Shown here: one piece after another, positions 12,311-27,300 of the stretch | Numbering within the stretch: the first letter of the stretch is position 1 | Layout: the number at the start of each line of letters is the position of its first letter | NCBI GenBank assembly: GCA_965153285.1 | Contig: OZ229115.1 | From: Podarcis tiliguerta | Lineage: Eukaryota | Length of the DNA stretch: 64,000 nt | Strand: one strand, 5' to 3' | Notes under the pieces: generated by a model | What the model saw: the letters and a program-made list of their open reading frames with translations, nothing else | Databases searched by the model: none | Told to the model about the DNA's origin: nothing | Position numbers and translations under genes: made by a program

Positions 12311-15300
12311 TTATGTTGGGTCTCTGCCCAAATCGCAGGGATATTCCTCTACCTTAAAAAAAAAAAATGCATCAAGGGAAACTCCAACCGGTGTGGCTTC
12401 TTCATCACTGAAGCGGTGTGGGGATGGCACTCACTCAGTGGGTGGAATTCCCCCCTCTTGGGCAGCCCTTGCAGTCTGGTCTTGTGCATCTGCACTCCCA
12501 AGTAACTCTGGCTGAGTTCGCCAAGGTGCTAGAGCTGCAGGGTTGGGAGAAAGCTCCGTTAAATTCCGTAGGACTTGCTTTGGAGTACACATGGTTAGGA
12601 CTGTACTGTTGTTGCTCTCCCTATCCTCCCAGGTAAGGCCACATCCGCCCCATACAGCTAAAGCCCATTTATACCACTTTAGCTATCATGGCTCTCCCTA
12701 CCCCCAAAAAAAGAATACTGGAAATTGTAATTTACCCCTCACAGAACTAGCATTTCCTCAAAGAACCCTAAACAAACCACTGTTCTCAGGATCACTTAAT
12801 GGGGGGGCAGTTAAAGTGGTATAAAACTGCTTAAAATGTATGGTGTGGATTAACAGAAGATTGACAGCAGGGAGAGGCCTGCTGGGGCAGAGCTGGAGAA
12901 CTATGGCTGCCCAGATGTTGCTGGACTGCAAGTCCTATAATCTGTGACCACATGCTATGCTCATGGTTCTGTATCTGGCATCCATGTCTGTGGGTGACTG
13001 CAAGGTATGTGGAGGGAATTCTGGCTTTTCCAGAGGGAGTGGGAAAAGGCAGTTGAGAGGCCTTTAGGTAGCCAAGATGAAGAGGGAGGTAGCCGAGAAA
13101 AAAGGTGATTATTCAGGAGTAATTATAGGAATCCTTGAAGGTTGAAGGAACTAGTGGTTGACAGGTGGCTGCTGTTTGAAGCTGCCCAGAACCCAAGAAG
13201 AATTCTGCTATGCACAAACAAATGACATTGGCTGCCCTTTAAGTGTTTGGCATGGTGGCTTTGAATAAGAATTTGGTATGGCACTGTTGCCACCCCCATA
13301 TATACCTTTTGGATCGAAGATTATCATCAGTGACTGCTTTAAGTGCTCACTTGTGTTAGGCTCTGCCTATACTCTACCAAAATGTAAGAATTTTATGTAT
13401 GGTAAGCTACAAACTAATATAGTCCCCCCACCAAACAAACCCCAGGATGGATAGCAGAGAGAAGTTGCTTCTGAGACAGGTTTATTGGAGCATGAGTCAT
13501 TGTGGTCAGCAGCATCCTGTACATCTAAGCAATAACTTGATGTTTATTATTAGTATTTTAATTCCTCAGTATGCATGCTGTTGTAGCTTGTTGCCCCAAC
13601 TTCTCCACTGTACTCTGAAATACTGTGATTCTGGTCTCTGTTGGTGAATGAGAAGAAATGCTCCTTGAGATGGAAGGAAACAAATGTTCTGAGGTTGGAC
13701 TGCATTGAAATATACTGAATGAAATAGCAGTGAACTAGAAATGGCATAGATGTGATTGGACGGAATGATCTGGATGGACACTAGAGGTTTGTAAAAGAGT
13801 AACGGAATCAAAACTGGTTCTGAGAATGAATAAAGTAAGACAAAAATTAGAACGAGGATCTGAATAGATGTGTGATTGGAATGCATGACCTGTCTCTTCA
13901 GGAAACAAGTGGCTCGCTACACAGGCTGTTGGCCCTGAACTTGTAATAAATCTGCACCTAGTTGAAATGTGATTCTTCTTAGAGAGACATTGTTTTTAAA
14001 TGTTTGTCAAAACAATCAGATGTTTTCCGCTTTCTGATTCTGCCCTACAGCTTTAACTTTCTAGGTACATTTCCCCACTCTTTCATTGGGAAGTTTTGTA
14101 CAAAGTGCTTTTTTAAAATATTAGATCAGAAGGAGTTGGCAGAAGCTTTAAGTTGCAGTCCTGTTTACACTTGTGTGTAAACCAGCTGTTGGTGTGCCAA
14201 TTAAATAGGGTTGCAAAGAAATTAGACATTTTTGAGCTTTTTCTGAGGAAAATCAGCAAAGACGACACTGACATTGACTGCCATACATCTGGATTTTCCC
14301 GCCCAGACACTGGTTGGAGCTACAGTATTCTGGATATGTCCGGATGTATGGCAACCCTTAAAAAAAAACTTGTTTCTTTTGTGTATGTCTTTAGATATAT
14401 TATAGTTGGCAAGTTTTGACTGATACTGATATAATACGTGAAATGTTTTATTTACAAAGATAAATAATACAAGGATACATAGTAATGGAAATGTAGGTGT
14501 CTACTTATGCCTTGGTTCCTTCTGGTTTTGCAGTTGTTAAGAAGCATTAGGGCTGTTTTATACTTCCGGATTTCTACCAAGCTATGGTTTCTGGGCACCG
14601 GCAATTATGCAGCAGAATAGCATGAATCAGAATTGCACTGTGATACATGATGGCATTTGTTTCTGTTATTGAAACACTTTTATTTTTGGAGCAACTGTAA
14701 TCAAACCCTCGGATATATGAAAGTTCACACATCTAGTCCAGCCCCATGCAATGTAGGAACCACAACTGAAGCATCCATGACAGATGGCCATCCAGCATCT
14801 GTTAAAAAACCTTCCTCTGATCCACTGTCTAACAGCTCTTACTGTCATGAGGTTCTTTCAGATGTTTAGTCAGAATCTCCTTTCTTGTAACTTGAAATTG
14901 AATTGAAATTGGTTCAGGTTTGTGGTCTACTAAGACCCCTAGATCCTTTTCACATGTACTACTGGCAAACCAGGTGTTCCCCATCTTATTTTTGTGCAGC
15001 TAGTTCTTCCTGCCTAAGTATTGTCCTTCATATTGAACTTCAAGGTAATATAGAATTCTGATTCCATCTTCTGAGGTATTAGCTACCCCTCCTAGTCTGT
15101 TGTCATCTGCATGTTTGCTTAGCATCCTATCTGTTCCTTCATCCAAGTCATTTATAAAGATGTTGAATAACACTGAACCCAGGACAGAACCCTGTGGCAT
15201 CCCATATGTCACTTTTCTCCAGGATGATGAGAAACCACTGGTGAGCACTCTTTGGGTTCGGTCAGTCAATCAGCTACAAATTCACCTAACAGTAACATCA

Positions 15301-18300
15301 TCTAGCCCACAGTTTACCAGCTTCTCCACATGACTGTCATGGGGGACTTTGTCAAAAGCCTTAATGAAAGCAAGATATGCTCCATCCACAGTATTCCTCT
15401 GATACACCAAGATTGTAACTCTATAAAAAAAAGAAAAGAAAAGAAATAAGATTAGTGTGGCATGACTTCTTTTTCAGAAACCTATGCTGGCTCTTAGTAA
15501 TCACAGTATGCTTTTCTAAGCACTACTCAAAGAGTGGCTGTTTAATTACTATTTGTTCTAATACCTTTCCTGGTATTGATGACCGCTTGGTAGTTGCATG
15601 GGTCCTCTTCCTCCCACCTGCCTTTTTAAAGATGTAGAAATCATTTGCCTGCCTCCAATTGGCAAAAACTCCAGTATTGCAGTTAGCATACGTTCAGTGT
15701 TCTAATGAATGCATGAAACGGACAATATTCTGTGGAAAAATAAAGCACAAGAAAAATTCCTGCCTCATAAACTTCAGCGCTTTCTGAACAAAACAGGAAC
15801 AAGGCATGGGCTTAAGACACTCCCTCCTTGCCATTTTGTGTTTTGAGATGGTGATTTATATAGGATATGGACAAACAGTACTTATCTGATTCTGTTGTAA
15901 CCAGAGACCTTGGAAGATAATTGCTGTGGGATTTTTTGGGGGGTGGGAGAACACATAAGCCCAAAGGTTGTTTCTTTAGTGGATTGTCTGAACCAAATTA
16001 CAGAGGATGGCTTCATAGAATACATTTCTTCTTGCTTGACTTTGGTGAGAAAACATATACATAACTCTGCATAAAAATTATGCACATGATTGGAAACTAA
16101 GTCATGTGTTCATGTTACAAGATAGGCAAATGATAGTTTCACATATTATTTACGTGGTGCCGGTAAATCTTATCAGGGAGCTGTTCTTATGGTATTTGAT
16201 TTGGAAAACCAGGCGCAGCATTTGGGTGATTCATAACATGAAAAGGACCAGGTTTGCAATGCTTAATTATCAGTGTGATTAATCTTTAAACATAGCCCCA
16301 GAGTAAATGGTGGAGCAGATGAACAATGACTTGATTTGGGATACTTATAGAAACTGCTGCCATGTAGGATGCATAGATAAAAAATATTTTTACATAATTT
16401 GCTTTCAGTTATTACAACTATTGGTTCTTGCTTTAGGAAGAAAGTACAAGAAGGCTTAGCTGGATCTTCACCAATCCAGGCTGGTCCCTACGGAGCTTTC
16501 ACTGGGTTTTCAACTAAATAAACACTAATAACAAACAAACAGTATAGATTTCATGTTTAGTTATTTTTACAACTCGTCTCCATGTATTATTATAAGGAAA
16601 TGTCATACTCAGATGGCACTGATTTCTAAAAGAAACATCATCTTTGGTTAGACTGTAAATTTTGTTTTCTTACGTTTTCTCAAAATGCACTAAGGCCTCC
16701 TTCAGTGAGGTTCTACAAATGTAAATAGAGTAAAATCTTATCAGTTGGTTAAATCTAAATAATCAGCTAAAAAGCAATTACCATATTTTTCGCTCTATAA
16801 GACGCACCAGACCACAAGACGCACCTAGTTTTTGGAGGAGGAAAACAAGAAAAAAAAATATTCTGAATCTCAGAAGCCAGAACAGCAAGAGGGATCTCTG
16901 CACAGGGAAAGCAGCAATCCCTCTTGCTCTTCTGGCTTCTGGGATAGCTGCGCAGCCTGCATTTGCTCCATAAGACGCACACACATTTCCCCTTACTTTT
17001 TAGGAGGGAAAAAGTGAGTCTTATAGAGCAAAAAATACAGTACTTGCTTTATTGTCTTATAAATTAAACATTAAATCAAGATACATTCAGGCAATGCAAT
17101 GCAAAAATCTAGATGCTGGGTTTAAAAAGGAGTAAAGTAATAAAATTAAGTGAAGTTTCTAAAACAGAGATGCTTTGGGACAAAGGAAACCTCTGGGCAA
17201 GGATTCAAAAGTAGAAAATTAAGCCCCAAACCAATAATAGTAATTGGGAGCTCTTGAAGCTCAAAACCAGTTCAGTATATTAGAATCCACTCAAAACTGG
17301 TAACAATGATCAAATAGAATTCTTCTCATGCTTGAACATCTCTGCTAGTAGAATATCTATATATGATAAGTGTGTGCTGAAATTCTTTTCTTTCATATGA
17401 CATATGGATGGAGTTAGTAGTGGTGCAAAGACCGTGGTGTCTAGTCTGATAGTGGTATAGGGAGCATACTATGACAATATCCTGGATTGTGAATTAGCAT
17501 GCACATGCTCTGCTGTGTCTTGATTAACAAAATCCCAAATGGTACAGAGCCTGTTCTCGAAATGCAGTCCTTTCTGTGGCTTTATGCATTTTGTTTGTAA
17601 GCCACCTTATCCCAAAAGGTCAGGGCTGTTTGTAAGCCATCCTCTCTTAAGGTCAGTGTTAGCAACAAACAAACAAAATCCCATAACCACCATACCTGCT
17701 GTCTCCAGTGGCCTGTTGAACGCTTGCAGGGCTAGCCTACAGCTTTGGCTCTATATACACCCCATTTCCCCCTATTTGACTTCTAATCTTGGCAAAGTTT
17801 AATGATCCACACCCTTGGTGCAGTGAAATTCTATGGTGAAGAAAACAAGGTTGTGCCGAAAGTTCTTATTCAAGTGGAAACTTACGTAAGTGTTGTGAGT
17901 AGAAATAGTATGTGAAGTTGTAATATACTAATAGTAACGTATTTCAATAATGCTTAAGTTTGAATATCACACTAGTGAAGGTTTTCTTTTCCCTGAATAA
18001 ACTTATTCTCATGAACTGAGCCTTAGGATTCCTGGGAGCTGATGTAATGTGCAAACCTAATTGAGAACCCACACGTTTTCCTCTGGGATTTGTTGTGATT
18101 TTCGTTTACCCCTTTCAATTATCATGTAGAGTTCCCCCGCCCACAAATGCTCCCTCTAGCTTTCTTGAAAAGGTGTTTCAGTTTTTTGTTCTAAACTCTT
18201 TGCTGTCATCTCTTCTCAAGTTTGTAACCTTCCTCTGATTTCAACAGCTTTTTCCTATAGTCTTTGCATAATGAGGGCTGGGGCAGGACTTGAACCTTGC

Positions 18301-21300
18301 TATCCATGTTATCTAACAATCCATTGCTAGATGTGTGAACCATTAAGGCACCACCCCATTCTCTGCATATTTGGTTACACTTGTGCAAGTGTCTTAGTAC
18401 TGGCCAAGTTGATTCTTGATGGATATATTGGTGAATCATTAAAGGGACCTGTGAAGTTGCACTGTTGAGCTAGAGACACTTTATATGATCACATTTGACA
18501 AGCAATTGTAACGATGAAGAAATTTGCACTTTGGTTTTTTTTCAGCAGTGGAGTAAAAAAAACCCACCCTTGTCTCAAAACAAGAAGCAGTTGCTATTGT
18601 TGGCCATCCTGAAAGAGGAAGCAACCTTACACTAGTCTTGACTCTGCCTTCCTTGAGAGAGCATGTTTAATCTTTGACCTCTATGTTGCACTCCTGTGGG
18701 GGGTAGGGGTGGTCCGTGTCACTATTAAGAAAAAGAGGTAGAAATAAGCCAATATATATGTGGACTGTTTCTGGATAAAGTGACTTTTCTTTAAATTTTC
18801 AGAGTTGTTAACCTAGTTCAAAGTTTTCATATGAATTAGCCAGATGTCCAAATGAAAATCAATCACAGTCCATCATTTGAAAAGCAAGACTTTGGAGCCA
18901 CCTTGCCCCAAAATGGCAACTGACATTCTGTTTTGGTGACTGAAACATAGGTTTAAGGAGCCATTTGGCACCTAGCTTATATATCTGCGCTTCTAACACT
19001 GGTCAAGAGGAAGCAGTGGGCAGCTGGCATTTTCTCTGACTCACTGTGGCCTTAGTGAGGCAGGGTCAGTTGTGCACCTTGTGCTTGGGGCAGAAGTGAT
19101 GCATATGTCCAGATTGGCACTGCATGACACAGTGGAGAGCAGCGTAGTACCTTGGACTCAGTTGACTGTAAAATGGGGTGAAGACCAAATACAGAGACCT
19201 CTCTCCCTCACCCCCATTTGCTCAGTGGTGGTATGACTGCACGGTGGTATGAGAAACTGCAGCCACACTGATGTTTCTCCTGCAGTCCCCTCAGCAGGGG
19301 CCACGGGCTGAAAGGCATAGCGATCGACCTCTACCTAAATGACCTCTTGGTCATGACAGCAATTGCTGTTTGTCTCAGGAAGCATTTGTATATGATCAGA
19401 CATACAAAGAGCCCCCTCAGACCCACACAGCACATTCAGCCTTTTGATAATCACCAAGATGTGGCAAGATAGTTTCCACCAAGGAAGCCAGATACCCAAT
19501 GCCTGGCTCGCACTCAGAGAGCGCAAGTCTCTTCTCCAAGTTTGTAGGTGGAGCTGGCTCACATTCAGGACCCATGATCCCACTTCATGGATCCATTATC
19601 ACTACATTAGATTTTAACTTCAGAAATATTCTAACTAGGGGCCCCTTCAGTGGCAGCTTTTTCCTTATCAGATCTTATTTCCAAAGTGCTCTATCTTATG
19701 TGAACATGCTCTACTTGTTGTAATGTGATGTAAACCTCCTCTGTGCTGCTCATATAGTTATTTTGAGATCAGTTACCTAGTTTCTTCTTGGGAAAAGCAG
19801 ACTCTTTGCACACTTCTGAAGTGCTGATCACATGTTTTCTCAACTGATGCAAAATGGTTCCTTCAACTAATCCTTTTAGTGTAAGAATTCTTCTTTGTTG
19901 CCAGCTGGGCACAACAAAAAGTCATTTTCTTAACTGCTGAATTGAGGCTAGTTCTTCAGTTGAGTAACTTTGGAGTTATTCAGCCTGTTAGCATGTTAGC
20001 AATGGATATGAAAATATTAATATAAGTTTTAATCACTATTCTCTTTCTGTGCTGTTGATCTTTAGCAGAGACACCCACAGGATTTCCTGGGCCCAGAACA
20101 TTGTAGGTGGATTGCCTCCCCCACCCCCATCCCACAATGTATTGTCAAGAACTGATGTTTTTGCACATGCATTTACTATTAAAATCTGTTTTAAAATAAA
20201 TTACAGTTATTGGAATAGGGTGGATACTATTGCAAAGATAAAAGTGGGAGAGCAGGGAGGATAATACACATAATCTTGAGCTCTTGAGTGAGAAAGCAAG
20301 ATACAAATATATAATGTCACTCACAGCAGCACCACCGGACCCTTCCCCCCTGCCCCTGGCAACAGACTAACATGGCTGCCCCTCTGGAAATGGATACTTA
20401 ACAGGCAGTTAAAATATTCATGAAGGATATTAATTAGTGGCAGTCAACCATCTGTCTAGAGACTTATTCATTGGCAGCATCAGGACTATACATGCAGTCA
20501 ACAAAAATATACTTGCTGTGTAGTCAGACTGGATTACATGTTGCAGCATAGAAGGTTTCTTGCTGCAATGCAGCTTCTGTTTGCCCAGGCATTTTCAGCC
20601 AATATCCTTGAACCTATTCTGTGACCCTGAAGATAGAATTCTGACTAGGGTTGAGCTGGGCATTTGACTTGAGCAAACATTGGGCAAATAATGGTCCAGT
20701 ATTTTATATTTTTATTATAAAAATATTCCAGTAGTCAGTGGTTGGATATGCATGTTGAATGCAAAACCAAATTGTTTTACAATAATGATTAATGAGTGGA
20801 AGTACTACTTAAAAATTGTTGCAGGTAAGGTTTTTTATAAATATAAACAAGTCACTGAATAGTAGTTTGGCTTTATTCCTGGAAAGTTAGGGTCAGCCTA
20901 CAGTTAATACACTTTTAAAAAAAGAGGGGGGGGGGGAGAGAGAAAAAATAAAAAATAAACCAAGTAACTTGTACATCCAGAAGTCAATGTTAAGTAGGCA
21001 GCAGGCCAATTGCTCATTTCCTTTGCGTCACCTTCAACCGGTTTTTCACCTCGATCATCAAATTTCTCGTCTTGTATGGCTCTCACTGTTAGCGAATGGC
21101 ATAGTAAAAAAAAAAAAAAAAAAATCCAATTTTTTAAAGAAGTAAGCTTCTACCTACACAGTGGCATTCTGAACTTGATCGAGCACTTGCGGTATCCTTC
21201 AACAGGTGAATAAGCAATCAACTGGCAATATTTGTCTGATCAATTGGCTAGTGTACCCATCCTAGACTGGGGAAAAGGTAAATGAAGCTATGACCTGTCT

Positions 21301-24300
21301 AGAAGAAAAAGTTCACATACCAGCTGAATCTTCACAGGGTCTAAAGCTATATGTACCTTACTTCATCTTCATTTTTAATGTTGATTTTTCAGGTTTTGCA
21401 GAAAACGATCTTGCCTTGCTGAGGGTGTGACTGGGGGCCCTGTTGTCTTAAATGATTTTCAGCAGGGCTCTTTCTGCCACTAAACAATTTTTTCTACTGT
21501 ACTTCTCTTCCCTTGCATACAAGACACTACTGTGAAGCAGTTTGGCAGTTGACTTGGAACAGAATCGCTCTATGTTGGCTGGGTGGAATAAAACACACAA
21601 GCTGTTCTCTTTTTCTGTTCTTCATAATTTTTGTACCAAATACCTTTTGGAAAACGTTATGCTTAGGTCAAGAATGTAGTGCAGCATGAGTGAAACCCCC
21701 TTTTAAAGGCACTGAACATAAAGTTGCTTTTAATATGGACACCTTTACTGAACCTGTGACAGAGTTACTGCCACTTCTATGCCCTGCTGGCTACTTGAAA
21801 TGAGGATGGGGATGGCAGCTTTTCATGTTTTCCCTCCTAGCTTTTCTCCCCATACCTACCTGCCCACCCACCTGCCGTGACTGAAATGAGAGGGAATTAA
21901 CCATGCTATCTCCAGGGCTGGTATAGTTTTGGGACCTGTTGGGGGGGGGGGCATCCCAAAGACCCATGGACTGCTGGTAGTTCATCAACTGCAGCGGAGC
22001 TTTCTTTTGCTACATCAGGGAACTCCAGAGATAGAGTTCTGCAGGCTACTATGGCTGCTCAGCCACTCCCAGGGAGCATAGGGTTGCTCCTTAAATTTAA
22101 ATATTGAAAACACTTTTATCCCATTCTTCAGCTAAAAATACTTCCAGAGCAGCTTTATCAGTTCTAATGGTAAGACTGACCTTGCCCTTAAACTTAGTCT
22201 TAAAGGGCTAATAAAAAGGGCTAATAAAAAAGGAGGGAGAAAGAAGGAAAAAAGCACATTGGGCACTATTTATTAGTCAAATCAGGCATGGGGAACCTTT
22301 GATGCCACTAGGTGCTGCTCAACAACTAGTCCCATCAGCCCTAGCAAACATGCCCAGTAGCCGAGGATTATGAGAGTTATAGTTAAGCAATATTCAGAAA
22401 GCCCAAGGTTTCCCACAACAAATAATAGTAGTAAAATATGAGAACTTCAAGCCTTCTAAAAGGAGCTGTGCTTAAAGGTGTAAGGCTCCAGTCATAAATA
22501 CCCTTTAAGATGGAAATAAGAGACCGCTGGATTTTTTAAATTCTTTTTGGCATCTTTGAGGAGTATACATAGTACAATGAGACAGTGATATACAAAGGTG
22601 AGCTGTTCGTGTTGGACAAGTAAACACTGGAATTCATAGGCACCTACTTGTATGTCACAAATGGAGATAAGGTCTAGGCAGGTTTTCAGTGATATCTTAT
22701 TCTACAGTTTTCTGATTATTATAAGGCAGACCACTTGGGTTATTATGGGTAAAAAAAAAGGTAAAGGACCCCTGACAGTCAAGTCCAGTTGTGAACGACT
22801 CTGGTGTTACGGCGCTCATCTCGCTTTATTGGCCGAGGGAGCCGGCGTTTGTCCACAGACAGTTTTCTGGGTCATGTGGCCAGCATGACTAAGCCGCTTC
22901 TGGCGAAACCAGAGCAGTGCACGGAAACGCCATTTACCTTCCCACCGTGCTTTCGAACTGCTAGGTTGGCAGGAGCTGGGACCGAGCAACGGGAGCTCAC
23001 CCCGTTGCGGGGATTTGAACCGCTGACCTTCCAATTGTCAAGCCCTAGGCTCAGTGCTTTAGACTACAGAGCCACCCGCGTATGTAGTACTTATTTAAAA
23101 AAGCCACCTGTATATATGTAATACAAGTAGAAAACCAAATCACTAACCTACAGTTTACCCTAGTGTTTATGCAAAGAACACAAAATACATCCTCACCCCA
23201 TGCAGTAATATTGCATATTCAACAATATATGAAAGAAAAAGTGCAGATATACATTATCTTGAACATTATATTTCTAATAATCAAGGAAATCATTTTCCCC
23301 AAATTATATGTTCCTCCTTTCATCTTTCCATCTTTCTTTAGTAGGTTTAGACATACCAGGCCATTGACCATATCTTCCTGACCTTGCACAATAGCCATCA
23401 TTTTTCATTTAAACCTTGGGTTGATAACTTCATTTCGTGGTACGTCATTGATATGGGATGTATGTGGAATGGATACTTGCTGAACTTCTTCCTGCCATGT
23501 TGCAAATTAAAGGCTTCTGATTCTTGGTGACAAACTGCATTGCTTCTTCTGTCCCTGCTGCCTAAAATGTCATTTGGGCTGGGAATGTGGGAAGAAGGTA
23601 AACTTGGTTCCTGGAATGAGTGATCATTGCTCCATATTCAGTCCTCTTTGGGATACCCTCAGTCTTAGCTGCCCATTCCTTTGCAAAAATATTTTTCAAG
23701 TCAGAGTTTGGAATGTCTGATTCTGTACTGACATAGAGCTATAGAATCCTTTTGAAGCTCCATAGGTCACTTCAGAATATAATTGCTAATAAATTCTTGT
23801 TTGCCTTTTTTAGGGCAGCTGAGCTCTATTGCCTTTCCCCGGCGTGAAGAGGAGTATCTCCAGCTGACAGTAAGCTGTCACCCATGCCTTTTAATCTTTG
23901 GTCAGAACTGCAATGCCAAATGTCAGTTAGTCAACATGCTTTTGGGTGAAAGACTGCTACCGACCTCCAAAGTTAGCAGTGAGGAGAACTGTAAGAGGCG
24001 TCGAATTCGCTTCACACATGGAAGACAAACACGGATTAGTTTGGCTCTTCCAGGACAGTATGAATTGGTTCACAACTTGGCAGCTCATCAAGGCAGATGG
24101 GAAACGATACCAGAAGAGGACTTAGAAATCCACTGCGATAATGAAGATCTCGCACACCAGATTGCAGAGCTGGAGGTTACACTGAATCACACTTTATTAC
24201 AGGTACTGACGAGATCCAGTGTGTATGTACTTGCCCTGCCGTGTATAAACTTAATGAGAAAGTGAGCGTTGGCAGGAAGCATTTTAATGAATATTTTGCA

Positions 24301-27300
24301 CCTACGTTTAGTTGAGTAAATTCTACATAAAAACTAGAGGAGTCCTAGAACTAGAAAAGAGTTTGTCTGCATTCCTAAAGACTTCTGAGGGCGGATACCA
24401 CATGTTCTGCCTCAACCCAGTGGTTCTTGTTTGAAGTCTGACTGCTGCTGTGGATGATTGAGGGGCGGAGGGTGCAGTTTGCAGCAGTGAAGCTTTAACT
24501 CTTCCCCTGACTGCTGGTTTTGCCCATACTCATTTGCTTTTCCTACAGCCCAAGTGCCAGACCTGTGATTGTATAAACTTGCTTAGATTTCTGCAAAGTA
24601 TCTGAGGGTGTAGACAGACATGGTAATAAAGCACAGTGCTTACAGGGGCACCTTGGGCCGTGTGTTGAACCCAGCTTCCTCCTGGCTTTGAATCTGAAAT
24701 GACAGTCATATGTACCTGTGAAATAAGTGCTGATGGTTAATGCTCCTGTGTCCTCCATCTAGGAGTGGGGGGGCTCTATTATGCAAAACCTGCTCCAGAG
24801 ATTGTGGGAAGATTCTTGGTAGCATAGGGCCAACCCATACACAACCAGATACCCTGAAGAAGGGGCAGACATGCCTAAATAGTTACCCTTGTCTTCACCG
24901 AAAATTTTTCTTGAATTGTTGTAATTAGCATTAAGGAGTCCTTCTAAAACAGGGGTCAGCAACCTAAGGTCCATGGGCCGGAAGTGGCCAGTGGAGGTTG
25001 TTTGAACGGCCCAAGAGCTGCCCCCGAACTGAGCTGCCCACTTGTGCACTGTGCTAAACCAACACAGCGCAGGGACTCGCTTCTGCAGCACTGGAAATCG
25101 CATCTGTGCACATGATCCAGCCCACGAAGGGATCTTCGCGGGACCAATCCAGCAAGATAAACATTGCCAACCCCTGTTTTAAAACTAAATAGAATGGATA
25201 CTATGTTCTTCTCTCTCCATCCCTTGACTTCAAAGTCGAAATACTTATCTAGTGCATTCTGTAGCTCAGGGCAAGTGTAGGGGAGGTAATGTTTGAAAGG
25301 GTTCCTTTTACTTGGGATTCTTGCCTCCCGTGTGAGTCATGTTCACGATACCACTACCCCTCGAGGGTTTGCCAGCCTGTCTGTTCCTGAGTATAACTTT
25401 GTTCTGAATGTTTGTGAATGTATGCTCCGAGTGTTGAATTTGGTTTTGTGTACTTCAACTGAATATGTCTGCCTTGCTCTTTTTTTTTTTAATAGGTCAG
25501 CTAACACAGGGCAGCTCAAATATCTCTCATAAACTTTTCAAACCAGTGACAAAGATTTCTTTGTTAGGCTCCAGATATATCTAGGACAAATCAGATGAAA
25601 ACAGCCACTCGGATTAATTTGTAAGGAGTGGCACAGGACTGTTTCCTGTGTTCTGTGTAGGAGAGCCACTGTGAAAAACTCCTCCTTACAAATGAAATTT
25701 TTAAACAGGGGAAGTTAACATTTACTTCTTATATGTGAAAATTGCATATCTAATTACAGGGAGGGATCTTCCTATTTCGTAATTTGCAAGCTTCAATGAG
25801 TGGTAACAAGGAAATACTTCCACCATAAGGAGAGGCATGGTATAAATTTTAAAAACGGACATAATCCACATTTTTAAAAAGTCAATTGAAAAAAGCATTG
25901 GGGCTTTTGCAAATCCATGATTGCTTTTAAAAGCATGGAAATTGTGAGTTGGAAATTGTGTGCCAGTAAATAAGTTGTACATTCTAACATATTGTGCTGT
26001 CTCCCACCTTAGGCTTCATACCTCCCACAGCTTGCTTGGGTCCTTTAGCACCAATCCGCTTCTGCTGTAGTTTGAGGGCAACACTTGTGCCATGTTCATG
26101 TTTAAAAGTTTGGATAAATGTTGAAATTAAGGAGCTTCTAGTGAAATGAATTGCTTTAAAACTAATGACAGTTTTGAAATAAATCCTATTGTCTTACTAT
26201 GTAGAGTAATGGCACTAGGCAAAATAAGTAGAAAGGCTATAGGAAATGGGTTCCGTTTCTACAGTAGTATTTAATGGCTGCCAATAAGAAACACATCTGC
26301 ACAGTAATCTAAATGCTAATTCACTTTGTTGGGAGCTCTAGAAAGGAAAGGTAGTCTAGATAGAATTATACACAGCCATCCCCTCTGTGTGACACAGGAA
26401 GTTAAAATCCATACCAGGTGGACTAACTGCAGGTTCCAAGATAAAATTTGCACACCATACAATTGCAGTAATAATGTCAGGCCGGCCAGACTAATCAAGA
26501 AGCAAGAATTAACCAGTTGGAATGAGATTTGAGCACTATCCCAGACTCCACTTTATGATATAAGTGGCAGCTTTATGTAAGCTTTCAAATCTTAACGAAC
26601 TGAGAAATGGACCTTTGTAAACAAACACCTCATTCATCAGATGCAAAAAGATGGCTGACGGTTTGTCAGGCAGGTTCTCTTGCATCTCTTGCATTGATAA
26701 GAAGAGGGTTTGATGGTTAAAGATTCTGTTTATTGTGTGGCGTACATAGCCTATCTTTCACAGTGTATTCTTTAATCAAATATGATGTGATCTGATAGAA
26801 AGTGTGACCAGAAGATGGAAATATTATTTTTAACAGGGCTGGCACCTACAAAGTTATTCATAAATAGAAATACAGTAATACTAACGTTCCTTTATTCATT
26901 TGTGCAATTAGTTTTACACATTTATTGACCACCATGAGCCAACATTTTGAGTCTGAATTAAGTCTATTGAAATTTAGTGTAGCCTTAGAATACACTGAAA
27001 ACTGTTGTGGAGAGTGACGGTTAAGTTTTTAATAAAAGATAAAATAATTTAAACCTGAACATAAGTTGAACCCAATCATAACAATGTTGTATCTCCTCTG
27101 AAAATATCAATATATTCTATGCATATTTATTGAGAACTGTGTTAGACCTTACTCATAGAGAGATTTGCAGTGTGCAGGAGGCATTTAGCTAGGTAAAGGA
27201 AATGAACAACTTAAATTTGAGTCATGGTCTTCAGGATAATAATGCACGTTGTAAAATTAATATAATTTATTGTCGAATTCTGTAATTTCAAATCTGGTTT

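Noticed and set aside
11541-12515. 324-aa ORF as a standalone gene
   Set aside because: It is DSTYK exon 1 plus GC-rich 5' sequence and read-through into intron 1.
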